A stretch of 64,000 nt of DNA from Phoronis australis (Eukaryota; Animalia; Phoronida), in assembly GCA_002633005.1 (NCBI GenBank), contig NMRA01000385.1, positions 3,839 through 67,838 on the forward strand, read 5' to 3'. Below the pieces are notes generated by a model. The model was not told the origin of the DNA. It did not search any database and saw only the letters and a list, made by a program, of their open reading frames with translations. The position numbers and the translations under genes are program-made. Positions within the stretch are counted from its first letter, which is position 1, and each line of letters starts with the position of its first letter. Shown here one piece after another: positions 26,387 to 40,500 of this stretch.

Positions 26387-26787
26387 GGCCCGGTCTCTAA
26401 TCTTTGTACTTGAAACGAACTCGAAATTATTTTTGGAAATTTCTCTGCTCCTTTTGTGCGAACTTAAGATAAATGGTTATCAGACTGTGCTCGAATACAT
26501 TATAGTTTATGCATAGGAGTTTCTAGTTCAAGTTTGCCCTTGAAGACCCTTATATTCGTGCTACAAACTCGAGTAAAAACTCGAAATTTCGAGTTCAAAC
26601 TCGAACTTATTGCTTTAATATTGGGTTTACAAACTGTGAACTAAGGGCAATAAATTATCTACGTAAGTTATTGTGTACTCGAGCATAGAATAATAGACAC
26701 TTATCTTGAGTTCGCCCAAAAGTAGAGTAGAAAATGTCAAACATAATTTCGAGTTCCATTTCGAGTAAAAAGATTGGAGACCGGGCC
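26387..26787. mobile_element. PIF/Harbinger-type MITE
   Basis: TIR ggcccggtctctaatc / gattggagaccgggcc flanked by CAG on both sides; diverged relatives at ~9640-10025 and ~48560-48886. Confidence 0.78.
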
Positions 26788-28338
26788 CAGGACTTTAATT
26801 TTCCCATGTCGCTGTCCCGGTGTTGCTGTTTTGCTTTCGCATATTGTTGCTTCTCTTCCTAGTTCAACACTTGATGTCCGGCAAATTGTCACCCACCTTT
26901 ACAGCTCAACATATTATACAACGTTTGTATTTATCTATTTTTGTAGTTTAGTTTGTCATAACTTTTATGACCTTTTATCTCACCTACACGTGTTGTTTCA
27001 CCGCTTCGCAGTTAGCGCATATAAATACTTTTTCATGCAACAGGTGGTGTAGTACCTATGCTCAAACAACGCTCGGATTTCAAGCGCATGCGAAATTGTC
27101 CGCATGTCTTTCGAATGTGTAAAATGAGTACGTGACTGAGCTACCAGTAGTTTAGGGCCACTGCGCCTCAAACTCACTCATCGGTGCCACGCGCATGCAT
27201 GGACGGCGCAGCACTGAAAAAAGTGGGGGCCGGGCCGCAGCCCCCTCAACCCCCTGTGGTGCATCGCAGCCTATAGACCATGTGCGGCGTAGCACTGAAA
27301 AAAGTGGTTGGTAGCCCCCCCAGCCCCCTATGGTGCGCCGCCCATGACATGGTTGGATCGAAACAAAATGTAGTTAACAGGCTACTCTGTCCCTGCCAGT
27401 CTTCACGAAGTGGGAGCCGGAGCCTCATAAAACCGACGCTGTGATTGAACTGAGCTCATTTATAAACAATGTAATCAAAGGTTTAAGAACTATATAACTT
27501 TTGCACACCGTTCTGGCTCACTAGCAGACAATTATAGTTATGATCTGTCGGAGTTCTGGTTTCGAAATTGTGGAGATTCGAAGTAGGGAACTTTCGATGG
27601 AAGCGCACCTTCGGAGTGACTTCTCAGTAGCGGACTTTCGGAGTAGTGAACCTTCGGAATAGTGACATTATAGCCTAACTTTGGAAATCTTTTCCATCAA
27701 GTTTGTTGCTCGCCTGCGAGGCTGTGCGCCATTGGCACTGATTGACAAGTGGAGACTTTCTTCATTGACCAAAAAAAAGTTTTTATTAGGCCTAGACCTA
27801 CTTTTCCCTAATAATATGAACATGCTCGTCGGGGTTTCTTTCTTAGTGCAAGAAAATACGGTAGTTTGTGGGCGGCGCAGCACCTAAAAGAGTGAGAGGC
27901 TATAGCCCCCCAGCCGCCGGCTACGGGCCTGCATGTTTTAAAAGGCTCGCGATTTGTTATATCATAAAAGATAAAAGAAAATATAGACCATTCAAATTTC
28001 GACGCTATGCAAGCTGCCCCGCGGCTTGCAAGAGACGTAGACACGACAGCCCTCCAAAGGAAACTATCCAATCAAAAGCATTGCCTTAACTACAGCGGAC
28101 TCTTGCGTCAACTGTTAAGTAATTCCTGTCGCTACTTTTGTTAGGTGACAAGCTCGGGGTGATCGGGCTATTCACCCGTAGCAATCGAGCGTAATGGCTT
28201 GCTATACACAAACGGCTGGGGAACAATTTGAAGAGTGACGTAAGCAGGTCTAGCAGCGTTTTTGGAGCACTGCCCCAGTGACCGACAAACGTACAGTGGA
28301 AGATTAAATTTGAGAATTTTATCGGCAATTTGATCGCC

Positions 28339-28506
28339 ATGGAATCGGTGATCGTGATCTGTTCGCTTTTCATCTTACTTTATGGTGTAAAAGACGGCAT
28401 CGGATTATCTCCAGACGTGAGGTTTTTGCCCGGGATAGATTATCACTACACCTACAAATCTGACTCGGACGTTCTCGGGGCACAGAACGTGACTCACATT
28501 ATCAAG
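28339..28506 (+). CDS. LLTP-like exon 1 (signal peptide, first beta strands)
   Basis: MESVIVICSLFILLYGVKDGIGLSPDVRFLPGIDYHYTYKSDSDVLGAQNVTHIIK|gtaact; phase 0. Confidence 0.9.
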
Positions 28507-31500
28507 GTAACTAGTCGTTAGATGCAGTTTTCATAAGTTCCATCTGGCTAATGTTGATATTTGTTAATTGTCTTTTATGACACTCTGGCGACGTATTTCA
28601 GGGTTTCCATGCGTTAAAGAATCCAATTGAATACTCGGAGTTAAAAATGTTGAAAATTAGCTGGAGATGAAATGACAGCGCTTTGTAATCGCACTTCACA
28701 GGAAGTCACAGGCCTTTACGTCAGCGAATGTCTGGCAGACAACGGCAATGGATTTTTATAGTTCTGGTCGATACCAATAACTTTAAAAAGTTTCTCGCAT
28801 CCAACAATAATCGCAAAAGTGCCGTTTTGGCAGTTAAAGCGATAACGTCTCCATAGCATTGGATCGTCATCGTACACAACTCTTACTGATGCCGAATCAC
28901 TGGTTGTTATGGTTCGGGCTATTCAGGGCAATAGAAAAATGTGCCAACTTGGCTTACTTCGAAACATCATATGTCGGAAAGGGCATGTCGGATTCATGGG
29001 AAAATTTCAAAATATTACGCTTTAAGCTTTGTACTCCAAAATGATATTAAGGATCATTTTTGAATTTTCAGTTCTCAGTTTTGTATAGGGAACCATAGGA
29101 CTTTTATGATTTTCATGAAAAATTAAAAAATGCATAAAACGAAAAGAACATGGTTACGTTAAAAACTAATAGCGTTTTTGCCATTCCAACATAGAAAATT
29201 TTTATCAAACGAAACTTGGTCATGTTATATATTGATATCGTTGTTTTGACATCAACCGTAATGATGACAACACGTGCGAACTCTTACTTGCGCTAAGAGA
29301 TATGTGGCGGAGAATGTGAAGGGTTTCGCATCCGTGTAAGGGTTCTGGAAACCATTAGAATAACTTGCTTTCCGCCCCAAACAGAAGTAACCAGATACTT
29401 GTGGTCTTGTTGACGGGAAAGACTAGGTACTTCGAGCAAAAAATGTTTGGACAACCGAATAGTGAAGCACCCTTGAACAGAGCTGCCCGCGGTCAAATAA
29501 TGCAAGACAGTTACTGGCGAAGAGGCCAGACCGGAGGCGTAACTATGGGGAGGGGTCGGGAAAGTAACACCGGTTCAGGGTGGCAGAGAAAGCAATTGGA
29601 CAAGGGGTTTAGACAAGGGGATGCTCCAAATTTGAGTGGTTTCATGTGGACTAATTATCCGTCTTTGACAAGCTTGCCCTTATGTTCAACTTTAAGTGTT
29701 GGTACAAATATAAAGTAATAATAATTGTTAACTAAGCACCACTATCTCGTGTTATTTGCTAATCTAAGTCAGATTCGCGTTTCAATAAAAATTTAAGTAT
29801 TTCATGTGAATTTTCCAAAAATGCCGTGCAAAATACCTGACACACATTATCACATATCATCTTTTGAAACATAATAAAAATGACTCATTCCTTTTTATTC
29901 AAATGATTCGCTCACACTTCGATATGGGCTGTAAGAAATTGAATTGGATTTTAGCGGAAAACTAATTTAAGTAGTGCCCAGCCTCATTACATATGTCACA
30001 GAAGAATCTAATGCCCTTTTATGCCAAGAGCAACTGAATACAGGTTGATGATCAATCCAAATATTAGAGTTAGAGGGGGATAGAATAAAATAAAGGCATC
30101 TCAGAAGTGTGAGCGTTAGCGATAAAACTAGTTTATAAAGATGAATACATCAGCCAAAAATACTTTTTACGTCCTTACGATTGATACTTATTGGGCATCT
30201 CCGGTCTGTCTAAAATGCTCGATCTCTAAGTTCTTTAGTGGCCTGAGGTGGGGTTACTTTCCATCCAGGCTATGTAAAGCTTGTCCTATCTTGATCAACG
30301 TTTGTCATGTCAAAAAACACATGGCTTGGTTTCAAATGTAATGTAAGTTTATCTACTGTTTTTCTCAAGCAGAAACCCTTTTAACTTTTAGAAAAATTCT
30401 TTCTGATTCGTTTTCGTTATTCAAGCAATTAAGCCAAAATGTATTCTTAAATAATGCTCTCAGAGGGGTCATTCGGATATCATCTCACTCAGCACTCGTT
30501 GGCCAACCTTCTTGGGCACTACAAAACATCGCTACATCCAGCCTTCAATTATTTCTTTGTTGAGGAAACCAAGACCGAGACCCTATTCATGAACACTCGG
30601 CGGCGCGCTTACGTAAACAAAGGGGGGGGGGGTTACATCAGTCTGTAGGCCCTTTCGTACTGACTTAACTCCGGTCTGAACGGAGCGTCGACGTAAACAG
30701 CGCAGTTAACTGGACCGTTCATTCTGGCTTCGGTAGTTAATAAACATCAAAGTAAGCGGTTGTGTGCCGCTGTCGTCATCGAAGTTATCGCAAGGTAGCG
30801 TTGCACGTTAAGATTTTTTCAATGTTTCAATTTGGAAATAATTACATGTGCTAAAAGACATTAAACTTATTTTTAAATCGATTATCAGAGCAAAATATAA
30901 GCAGCTATTAGTGACGGCACTAACTTGTAACTGTTGACGATAACAGTAGCACCTGGCGATAACTACGATTGGACCGGAGTTAAGCGTTCATACTGCACCA
31001 CAGCGTCGACGCTGCGGTCTACTGGAGCTGTTAACTGCGATCCAGGACCGGAGTTAAGCGTTCATACTGACCGCAACTCCCCAAACCGTCGAAGCGTCGA
31101 CGTTAGTATGAAAGGCCCTTGTCGCGTCAATATGGCTCACGAATAGGTAAAACATTAGCTTTGACAATAGCACATGAGCTAGTACCCGACAGAAACTGAG
31201 GACAAAATATGCAACATTTTTAGAAATAGACATAGATAAGAGAAACAGTCAAACGGATGACAGTGTTGGTCTAAAACGTTACAATCCTACAACACTCACA
31301 ACTTTGATACTCACATGACGTCATCAAAAAATGTAAATTCCACATTCTATCTCCGATGACCATGTGCATGAAAGTCTGGTATACAGGGCGTATTTGTACT
31401 GCAGGTTATATGCTTCACAGCCAAAACATTTCCCAGACTGCATGGACCATAGACATCACATAGTATGGCATGGACCAACCTTTTTATAAGTACAAAAACC

Positions 31501-34500
31501 CCAGAGCATAACATTTTCCTACAGAAACTATTACGTGTTTTCCATTTTGCTCTGAAAAACAAGTGTTCACAGGATGAAGTAGTCGTTGAAGACATAACGT
31601 AGGGCACGAAGTGAAACTGGGTTCGTTGTACTTTCTTGTTGTTTTGAATTTCACACGGGGCAACAGTAAATATAATGTGTTATAGTATGTAGAAATTCCA
31701 AATCACTAGTTTACATTTTTATCAAGTAAGAGACGTATTCTGAAACTTGGAGCACTGACCCCGACGTGAAACCTTTTTACAAATGATTGACACTTGGCTA
31801 TCAAAATCAGTTTTGTCTAGTATTTTTCTTAACAATTTTACATTGTTTTTAAATTTGACGATTTTTCGTAAATAGTGAATCATATAAACATCCCGCATAA
31901 CAGTTTTTTTACTAGGTTAAAGTTTATTCGAAAAGACCTCGCACATTGTATTGCAAAAGCAGAATGTACATACCCTGTCCTAACAGAACATAATTTAGTA
32001 ACAGTTTTTTACTAGGTTAAAGCATATTCGAAAAGACCTTGCACATTGTATTGCAAAAGCAGAATGTACATACCCTGTCCTAACAGAACATAATTTAGCA
32101 TGAGATGTCAGTGTACGTTGCCTCATTAGGTCATCACAAGGTCAGATATTGGGAAGGGTTTCGAGATGAATGACGAATAAACTGAAACTTAGACTGGTAA
32201 AATCTTCTGCTTACCTGATCATTTGCAAACAATTAAAGTATCAGTGAAAATTTTATAAACTTTCCGCATCAGTGATTTTTGTGACAAAGGCAACTTCTGT
32301 GGTTCGATTGGTCGTTACTAGTTGACTGGATGATACATTCATATCACTTCCGTTTTCTACAGACTTAGGGTACAATATATATATACTCATAATTTGATCA
32401 TATGATCTTCATTAATGTTATATTACAGTTCACACGTTCTTGCATTTTCCACCAGTGTTCTAAAGTTTGCTGTCTCTGCAACTAGTGACAACTTCTGTAA
32501 AATACAAAATAGACACAAATTCTAATTAGTAGGGTGGCCCGAAAGTATCGTTACTGTTTTAGTTAAACTATTCGTTTTTCACTTAAGTAGAAATAATTCA
32601 ACCTAGGTGGAAATTATTTTCACCGGGGTGTAAATTATTTCAACGTAGATGGATTTTTTCACCAGGGTGCAAATTATTACAAAATCCTGAAAATCCTGAC
32701 AGCGTTTTTGAAATTGATGAATAAATGTAAAGTTTGGAAAGTTTCTGTATAACAATACCTCAGAACCCTTTTGGGTATTTCTCAGTGGCGTTGGACGCCT
32801 CTGTTGCTCGTATGAAGTCTGTGAGGTCCTGCGCTATCAACATGAAAAGCCTTCTTTCATTGACCAAAGATTTGTTGATAGACCTAGCCATACTTGTTTC
32901 ACAGTGCTGTTAACAAGAAGCCCTGCCCACGTTGGGACTTTTTGCAGGAAAACGAAAGCTGCAGTGAAGTTACTTATGCTAAATAGAAACGCATTTTTTG
33001 TTGTTGTTCAATTACCTTGCCGTAGTGGTTAGGTTGGGACTGGACCCCCTGGCTACGGACCTGTAAGGGTACACAATGGAACCGCTCTTTGCTTAGCGAG
33101 AGATTCGATTTGAGTGACAGCCTGTAACCGTTGTCATAGATTAACTTTATGTTGGCGGAGTGCAATACCACTTGATTACTGGCAGGGCGCTTAGGTCACC
33201 GGCCCTACTATTTCAGCGAATGTCTGGCTAAGAACGTGAAGCATTGGTGACAGTAATTGCCTGTCAGAAAATCAACGGATCTTTTTGTTTTATTGCGCCC
33301 GTCAAGGATATTTACTTCAAGAAGTCTGCACCATCCAAAAATTACACCAAAAATGCGCTTTTCTTTGGATTTATGGGTTTTCTGTGGCACCGACTCCTAG
33401 CCACTAAAACCCGCAACTTGTTTTTAACAGTTATAGCTCCCGCTGTAAACAATTGCTATTAAGTATAAGTTACAACTTTTGTAACATCGTTTATTTAATG
33501 TGTACAGGACAATAGGCTTATTGAAGTCATTAGCATTGACCAAAGTCATCAACCCTGTTCCAAATCGTCAACTCTCAATTTGGTCTTCCAAAGCGCTGAA
33601 TTTAATCNAATATTACGCTTTAAGCTTTGTACTCCAAAATAATATTAAGGATCATTTTTGAATTTTCAGTTCTCAGTTTTGCATAGGGAACCATAGGACT
33701 TTTATGATTTTCATGAAAAATTAAAAAATGCATAAAACGAAAAGAACATGGTTACGTTAAAAACTAATAGGGTTTTTGCCATTCCAACATAGAAAATTTT
33801 TATCAACGAAACTTGGTCATGTTCTATATTGATATCGTTGTTTTGACATCAACCGTAATGATGACAACACGTGCGAACTCTTACTTGCGCTAAGAGATAT
33901 GCGACGGAGAATGCGAAGGGTTTCGCATCCGTGTAAGGGTTCTGGAAACCATTAGAATAACTTGCTTACCGCCCCAAACAGAAGTAACCAGATACTTGTG
34001 ATCTTGTTGACGGGAAAGACTAGGTACTTCGAGCAAAAAAATGTTTGGACAACCGAATAGTGAAGCACCCTTGAACAGAGCTGCCGGCGGTCAAATAATG
34101 CAAGACAGTTACTGGCGAAGAGGCCAGACCGGAGGCGTAACTATGGGGAGGGGTCGGGAAAGTAACACCGGTTCAGGGTGGCAGAGAAAGCAATTGAACA
34201 AGGGGTTTAGACAAGGGGATACTCCAAATTTGAGTGGTTTCATGTGGACTAATTATCCGTCTTTGACAAGCTTGCCCTTATGTTCAACTTCAAGTGTTGG
34301 TACAAATATAAAGTAATAATAATTGTTAACTAAGCACCACTATCTCGTGTTATTTGCTAATCTAAGTCAGATTCGCGTTTCAATAAAAATTTAAGTATTT
34401 CATGTGAATTTTCCAAAAATGCCGTGCAAAATACCTGACACACATTATCACATATCATCTTTTGAAACATAATAAAAATGACTCATTCCTTTTTATTCAA

Positions 34501-37500
34501 ATGATTCGCTCACACTTCGATATGGGCTGTAAGAAATTAAATTGGATTTTAGCGGAAAACTAATTTAAGTAGTGCCCAGCCTCATTACATATGTCACAGA
34601 ATAAGCTAATGCCCTTTTATGCCAAGAGCAACTGAATACAGGTTGATGATCAATCCAAATATTAGAGTTAGAGGGGGATAGAATAAAATAAAGGCATCTC
34701 AGAAGTGTGAGCGTTAGCGATGAAACTAGTTTATAAAGATGAATACATCAGCCAAAAATACTTTTTACGTCCTTACGATTGATACTTATTGGGCATCTCC
34801 CGTCTGTCTAAAATGCTCGATCTCTGACCTCTAAGTTCTTTAGTGGCCTGAGGTGGGGTTACTTTCCATCCAGACTATGTAAAGCTTGTCCTATCTAGGT
34901 CAACATTTGTCATGTCAAAAAACACATGGCTTGGTTTCAAAGGTAATATAAATTTATCTGCTGTTCTTCTCAAGCCGAAATCCTTTTAACTTTTAGACAA
35001 AGTCTTTCTGATTCGTTTACGTTATTCAAGCAATGAAGCTAAAATGTATTCTTAAATAATGCTCTCAGAGGGGTCATTCGGATATCGTCTCACTCAGCAC
35101 TCGTTGGCCAACCTTCTCGGGGACTACAAAACATCGCTACATCCATTCAATTATTTCTTTGTTGAGGAAACCAAGACCGATACCCAAGTGCTTGGCCTAT
35201 TCATGAACATTATTTAATGACTCGGCGGCGCGCTTACGTAAACAAGGGGGGGGGGGGNNNNNNNNNNNNGGGGGGGTGGTTACCTCAGTCTGTAAGAATC
35301 GCGTTAATATGGCTCACGAATAGGTAAAACATTAGCTTTGACATTAGCACATGAGCTAGTCCCCGACAGAAATAGAGGACAAAATATGCAACATTTTTAG
35401 AAATAGACATAGATAAGAAAAAAGTCAAACGGATGACTGTCTTGGTCTAAAACGTTACAATCCTACAATACTCACAACTTTGATACTCACATGACGTCAT
35501 CAAAAAATGTAAATTCCACATTCTATCACCGATGACCATGTGCATGAAAGTCTGGTATACAGGGGGTATTTGTACTGCGTAATCCATGCAGGTTATATGC
35601 TTCACAGCCAAAACATTTCCCAGACTGCATGGACCATAGACATCACATAGTATGGCATGGACCAACCTTTTTATAATATAAAAACCCCAGAGCATAACAT
35701 TTTCCTACAGAAACTATTATGTGTTTTCCATTTTGCTCTGAAAAACAAGTGTTCATAGGATGAGGTAGTAGTTGAAGACATAACGTAGGGCACGAAGTGA
35801 AACTGGGTTCGTTGTACTTTCTTGTTGTTTTGAATTCCACACGGGGCAACAGTAAATAAAATGTGTTATAGTATGTAGGAATTCAAAATCACTAGCTTAC
35901 ATTTTTATCAAGTAAGAAACGTATTCTAAAACTTGGAGCATTGACCCCGACGTGAAACCTTTTTACAAATGATTGACACTAGGCTATCAAAATCAGTTTT
36001 GTCTAGTATTTTTCTTAACAATTTTACATTGTTTTTTAATTTGACGATTTTTCGTAAATAGTGAATCATATAAACATCCCGCATAACAGTTTTTTTACTA
36101 GGTTAAAGCATATTCGAAAAGACCTCGCACATTGTACTGCAAAATTAGTAGGGTGGCCCGAAAGTATCGTCACTGTTTTAGTTAAACTATTCGTTTTTCA
36201 CCTAAGTGGAAATAATTCAACCTAGGTGGAAATTATTTTCACCGGGGTGTAAATTATTTCAACCTAGATGGATTTTTTCACCAGGGTGCAAATTATTACA
36301 AAACGAAGTTGAAATTATTTCATTTTTTGTCAGCGCATAGTTCTCAGTCGAGGAGCTCAGAAACATTTGTTGCCCGATATATACTAAGCTGGTATACCGA
36401 CCAAGCAGAGGGGATGCAGCCGTGTAGTGATGTCAAAATGGGCGGGGAGCATCATCTGAGGTGTGAGAAAGAGATGGAATAATGAAGAAGTTGGAAATTT
36501 GGGAACACGAAGTCACAGAGATGGTTTATAAGCCTACCATGACCAATGACGCAGGGCCCAACTAGAAATTTACATAAGTTTTGAACAACCATGAAAAAGA
36601 AGTTGTACACGAAGTGATGGCTTAACAGCGTTTTAGGATTCATACTGGACATTTATGTGTGAAACAATTTTGATTGAGTCATTTACTAATTTCGTTTTGC
36701 TACTTTCCTTTTTGCTAAAAGGCATGACCACCAGACCTAGTGGTTGTATTTGGTATGAAGTCAAAAAAATTACAGAATTTCTACTTCAGAAAATACTTAC
36801 TTTTACTGAGTTGAATTATTCAATTTTGTGGATGTCTTGAGGCACAGACTGGTCTATGAGATCCGACATGACCCAACTCCTCCTCCAAAGCCGTGTACAC
36901 AGACAGGTTACATGCAACTCTTAACTGGTTGCTTACTTCCATTTTTACAGCAGTATTCATTTGATGGTACCCCATTCACAAACTGGCTAAAACGCTAACG
37001 TTTTCGCTGTTAATTGGCCGAAAACTTCACCATTTACCTCAAAAACGCTGTTAGGAATTTTCGATTAATCTCTTCGTTTGGTTTCTATGACAAATCAACT
37101 CGCCAAACTTAAGGATTTTTTGTAAGAAATAGCAATAGTATTCGTCTTTGTTACATTACGCAAAAACTAAGAATTTATACTGAAAATCCTGACAGCGTTT
37201 TTGAAATTGATGAATAAATGTAAAGTTTGGAAAGTTTCTGTATAACAATACCTCAGAACCCTTTTGGGTATTTCTCAGTGGCGTTGGACGCCTCTGTTGC
37301 TCGTATGAAGTCTGTGAGGTCCTGCGCTATCAACATGAAAAGCCTTCTTTCATTGACCAAAGATTTGTTGATAGACCTAGCCATACTTGTTTCACAGTGC
37401 TGTTAACAAGAAGCCCTGCCCACGTTGGGACTTTTTGCAGGAAAACGAAAGCTGCAGTGAAGTTACTTATGCTAAATAGAAACGCATTTTTTGTTGTTGT

Positions 37501-40500
37501 TCAATTACCTTGCCGTAGTGGTTAGGTTGGGACTGGACCCCCTGGCTACGGACCTGTAAGGGTACACAATGGAACCGCTCTTTGCTTAGCGAGAGATTCG
37601 ATTTGAGTGACAGCCTGTAACCGTTGTCATAGATTAACTTTATGTTGGCGGAGTGCAATACCACTTGATTACTGGCAGGGCGCTTAGGTCACCGGCCCTA
37701 CTATTTCAGCGAATGTCTGGCTAAGAACGTGAAGCATTGGTGACAGTAATTGCCTGTCAGAAAATCAACGGATCTTTTTGTTTTATTGCGCCCGTCAAGG
37801 ATATTTACTTCAAGAAGTCTGCACCATCCAAAAATTACACCAAAAATGCGCTTTTCTTTGGATTTATGGGTTTTCTGTGGCACTGACTCCTAGCCACTAA
37901 AACCCGCAACTTGTTTTTAACAGTTATAGCTCCCGCTGTAAACAATTGCTATTAAGTATAAGTTACAACTTTTGTAACATCGTTTATTTAATGTGTACAG
38001 GACAATAGGCTTATTGAAGTCATTAGCATTGACCAAAGTCATCAACCCTGTTCCAAATCGTCAACTCTCAATTTGGTCTTCCAAAGCGCTGAATTTAATC
38101 ACTTTGTCATTTGCCGGTGGGATTTAGGTCCGACATCAGAGATTTAACTGAGCCTGAGTCCAGGAAGTCACTTTTCTCGCCACCGGTAATTACTTGTTTA
38201 CCAGCCGATATGTAGCACAAAACCTGTTAAGAACTGTGTTTCTAAATTTCGATGATTTGGTGACCAAGGCTACGTAAGTTCTTATTCCATCGAGATGTTT
38301 ACGCGATGAGACAGTGTTCAACACAAGGATGGGGGTGAAACTGTGGAGACCGGGGGCAGCTCGATTTACTAGGGCACCCAGACATAGGTTAGAGCACCGA
38401 GAAATTGTAACCCGGCGCTGACTGTAGTAGTGTGAGACAGTGGTGTCTAAATTAAGATCCTAAGGTCACATCCCATAGGCCTACAATGTGAGGATTGACA
38501 TAATATGTTTGCAATTTCAGTTACGAATTCGCCACCACGAGAACATTGATGAAATAAGCGGCACTGTATATTCACTTCACGTGGACAGTGTGTCACAGAG
38601 TCTGACGGGAAAGGATATCGGTGAGTCGACTGGACAAGTCGTGATAAGAATTTGCAAGATTTTGCTTTTCAAATTGTACGTTAAAACACGAGTACACGAT
38701 TTCGTTCGTCATCTTTAATACTGTGATTGAGTAGAGTAAGCAAACCAGCGTTTATATCAGGGAGAGTAATATATAGGATTTTAACTCAACAGGTCTTTTT
38801 TTGAGAGATGGCCACTACCTAGATTCTGAAATCTGAAAGGTTGCTATAATGTCTTTCCTAACATATTCATGATGTTCGCAAACTCGTTTTTCTCTGTGAA
38901 AACATCCTACGCTAAATTTTGGAATCGTAAAATGCAGACGTTAATTGTCGTGATGTTGATGTTTGTGATCCCTCCATACAACGTACACGCAATTTTCAAA
39001 TTATTTTAGTTCAAGCCTTAATACCATTACAATGGCAATTTTTGGCTATCACCGATCATCCCGGATTTGGTAGCCCAGCGAAACCGAGATAAGATGGATA
39101 AAAGTTCATTCCACGAATACAAGCTGAACTACACCTTGTCCAGGCAGTTTTCTCATACTTATGGCTTAAATGTATCATCAAGTGCTGTTTCCTCATTAAC
39201 GCGTTATATTCAGAGAAATCTGTATTTTATTGCTTGGTTTCTGTAGAGCGCAATGTAGAAATCGGCTTATTGACCTAGTTCTCTTTGCATGTACGCACGT
39301 GTTGTGTTACTCATGCTCGATTCTAAACCGTGGACTTGAGTATTGGGTTGCATTGTCTCTATGATCTTCAACACCTGCGTATCCAGGAAATTGCCGGCGT
39401 TCGCTGACATGAAAGGAAAACATGGTGTAGAGGCAAAGGCAGGTCATGTATGACTGTGACTTAACTCTAAACGCAACATCCTGAGAGATAACACATTCCT
39501 GAAATAAAATATACAATCAAGAAATGGTGCCGTATAGTGCTTCATTATACGTATTTTGCAGTGTCCAAATTTGGCTAACTTCGGAACATCGTATCGCAGA
39601 AATTGATGATCGGATTCGTGTGAAACATTCAATAAAGACCCCTGCTTTTAATAGTCAGTTAAAAAATATGACGCACTTCTTGTGTATCTGGCATATATTT
39701 GTGCTTTTGGACATCGACAACTCAATTTCTCGGCTGTTTAATGAACATAAAAACAAGGTTGCACCTGAGCATAATTTTTTGTAGCTTCCAAATAATTAAA
39801 TCTTCTCAAGCCAGTGGCGGATTTAAGGGGGGGGGGGACATGGGGGCCATGCTTCCCCCCTAAAATTAATGCAGATTCCATTCCTGGCTAATACTCTGCC
39901 ATGGTCCCCCCCCCCCAACTCAAAATACTGGATNCCCCCAACTCAAAATACTGGATCCCCCGCAAGCAGTTCCACTATCCCAACTTCCCTGCAGCTGTAC
40001 ATTTACCGCGCCGCAAAGAAATTCCCTGGGCAGGTTTTTAACTTTTAATGGATATTCAATACACATTTCGAAACGTTGACGAATGTGCCTTTGACAATGT
40101 TTTCTGTTTTCAGTCACCACCAATCCGGAGAAATGGGATTTAACAAAACCGTAAGTATCCCCAGCCTATCGCCGTTTAAAATTTACTTGGCAACTTGTCT
40201 TATCAGTAATGGGGTAGAACAATGAGGGCCAGGATGATATTGGTGTACATGATTATAAGCATAGAACTGAAAGCATGTACAGCGGCGTGTCCCAAAATTG
40301 CTCTCGCACTTAAAATGACAATAACTATACTATTAGAATAGATTTCTTCTGATTAGTGAAAGGGACTTGTTTTGAGCAGACAAAGGATTCTTAGGCCTGT
40401 TGGACAGTTTAGTTTTATGCCATTACTGAAGTTGATAGATCAGAGTAATTAGACTGCACAGTTGGTCTTGCACTAGAGCTAATTAGTAGCTAGTAGGTAT

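Larger units (their letters stand above)
29011..38100 (+). repeat. 4.5-kb tandem duplication (29011-33607 / 33609-38100) joined by a single N
   Basis: Both units start aatattacgctttaagc and end caaagcgctgaatttaatc; they differ by scattered substitutions and three large indels. Confidence 0.95.

Noticed and set aside
27590-27666. Short repeated motifs as a possible CRISPR-like array
   Set aside because: No unique spacers, degenerate ~16-bp units and a eukaryotic context.
28236-28243. CRE-like TGACGTAA about 100 bp upstream of the ATG
   Set aside because: A single 8-mer with unknown transcription start; not enough to call a promoter.
29365-34316. Duplicated ORFs (29365-29718 and 34041-34316) suggesting a gene pair
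   Set aside because: They repeat only because of the intron 1 duplication; no coding signature.
29011-38100. Duplication read as LTRs or KolobokP-style long terminal direct repeats
   Set aside because: No internal region, TIR or TSD, and the junction is an N.
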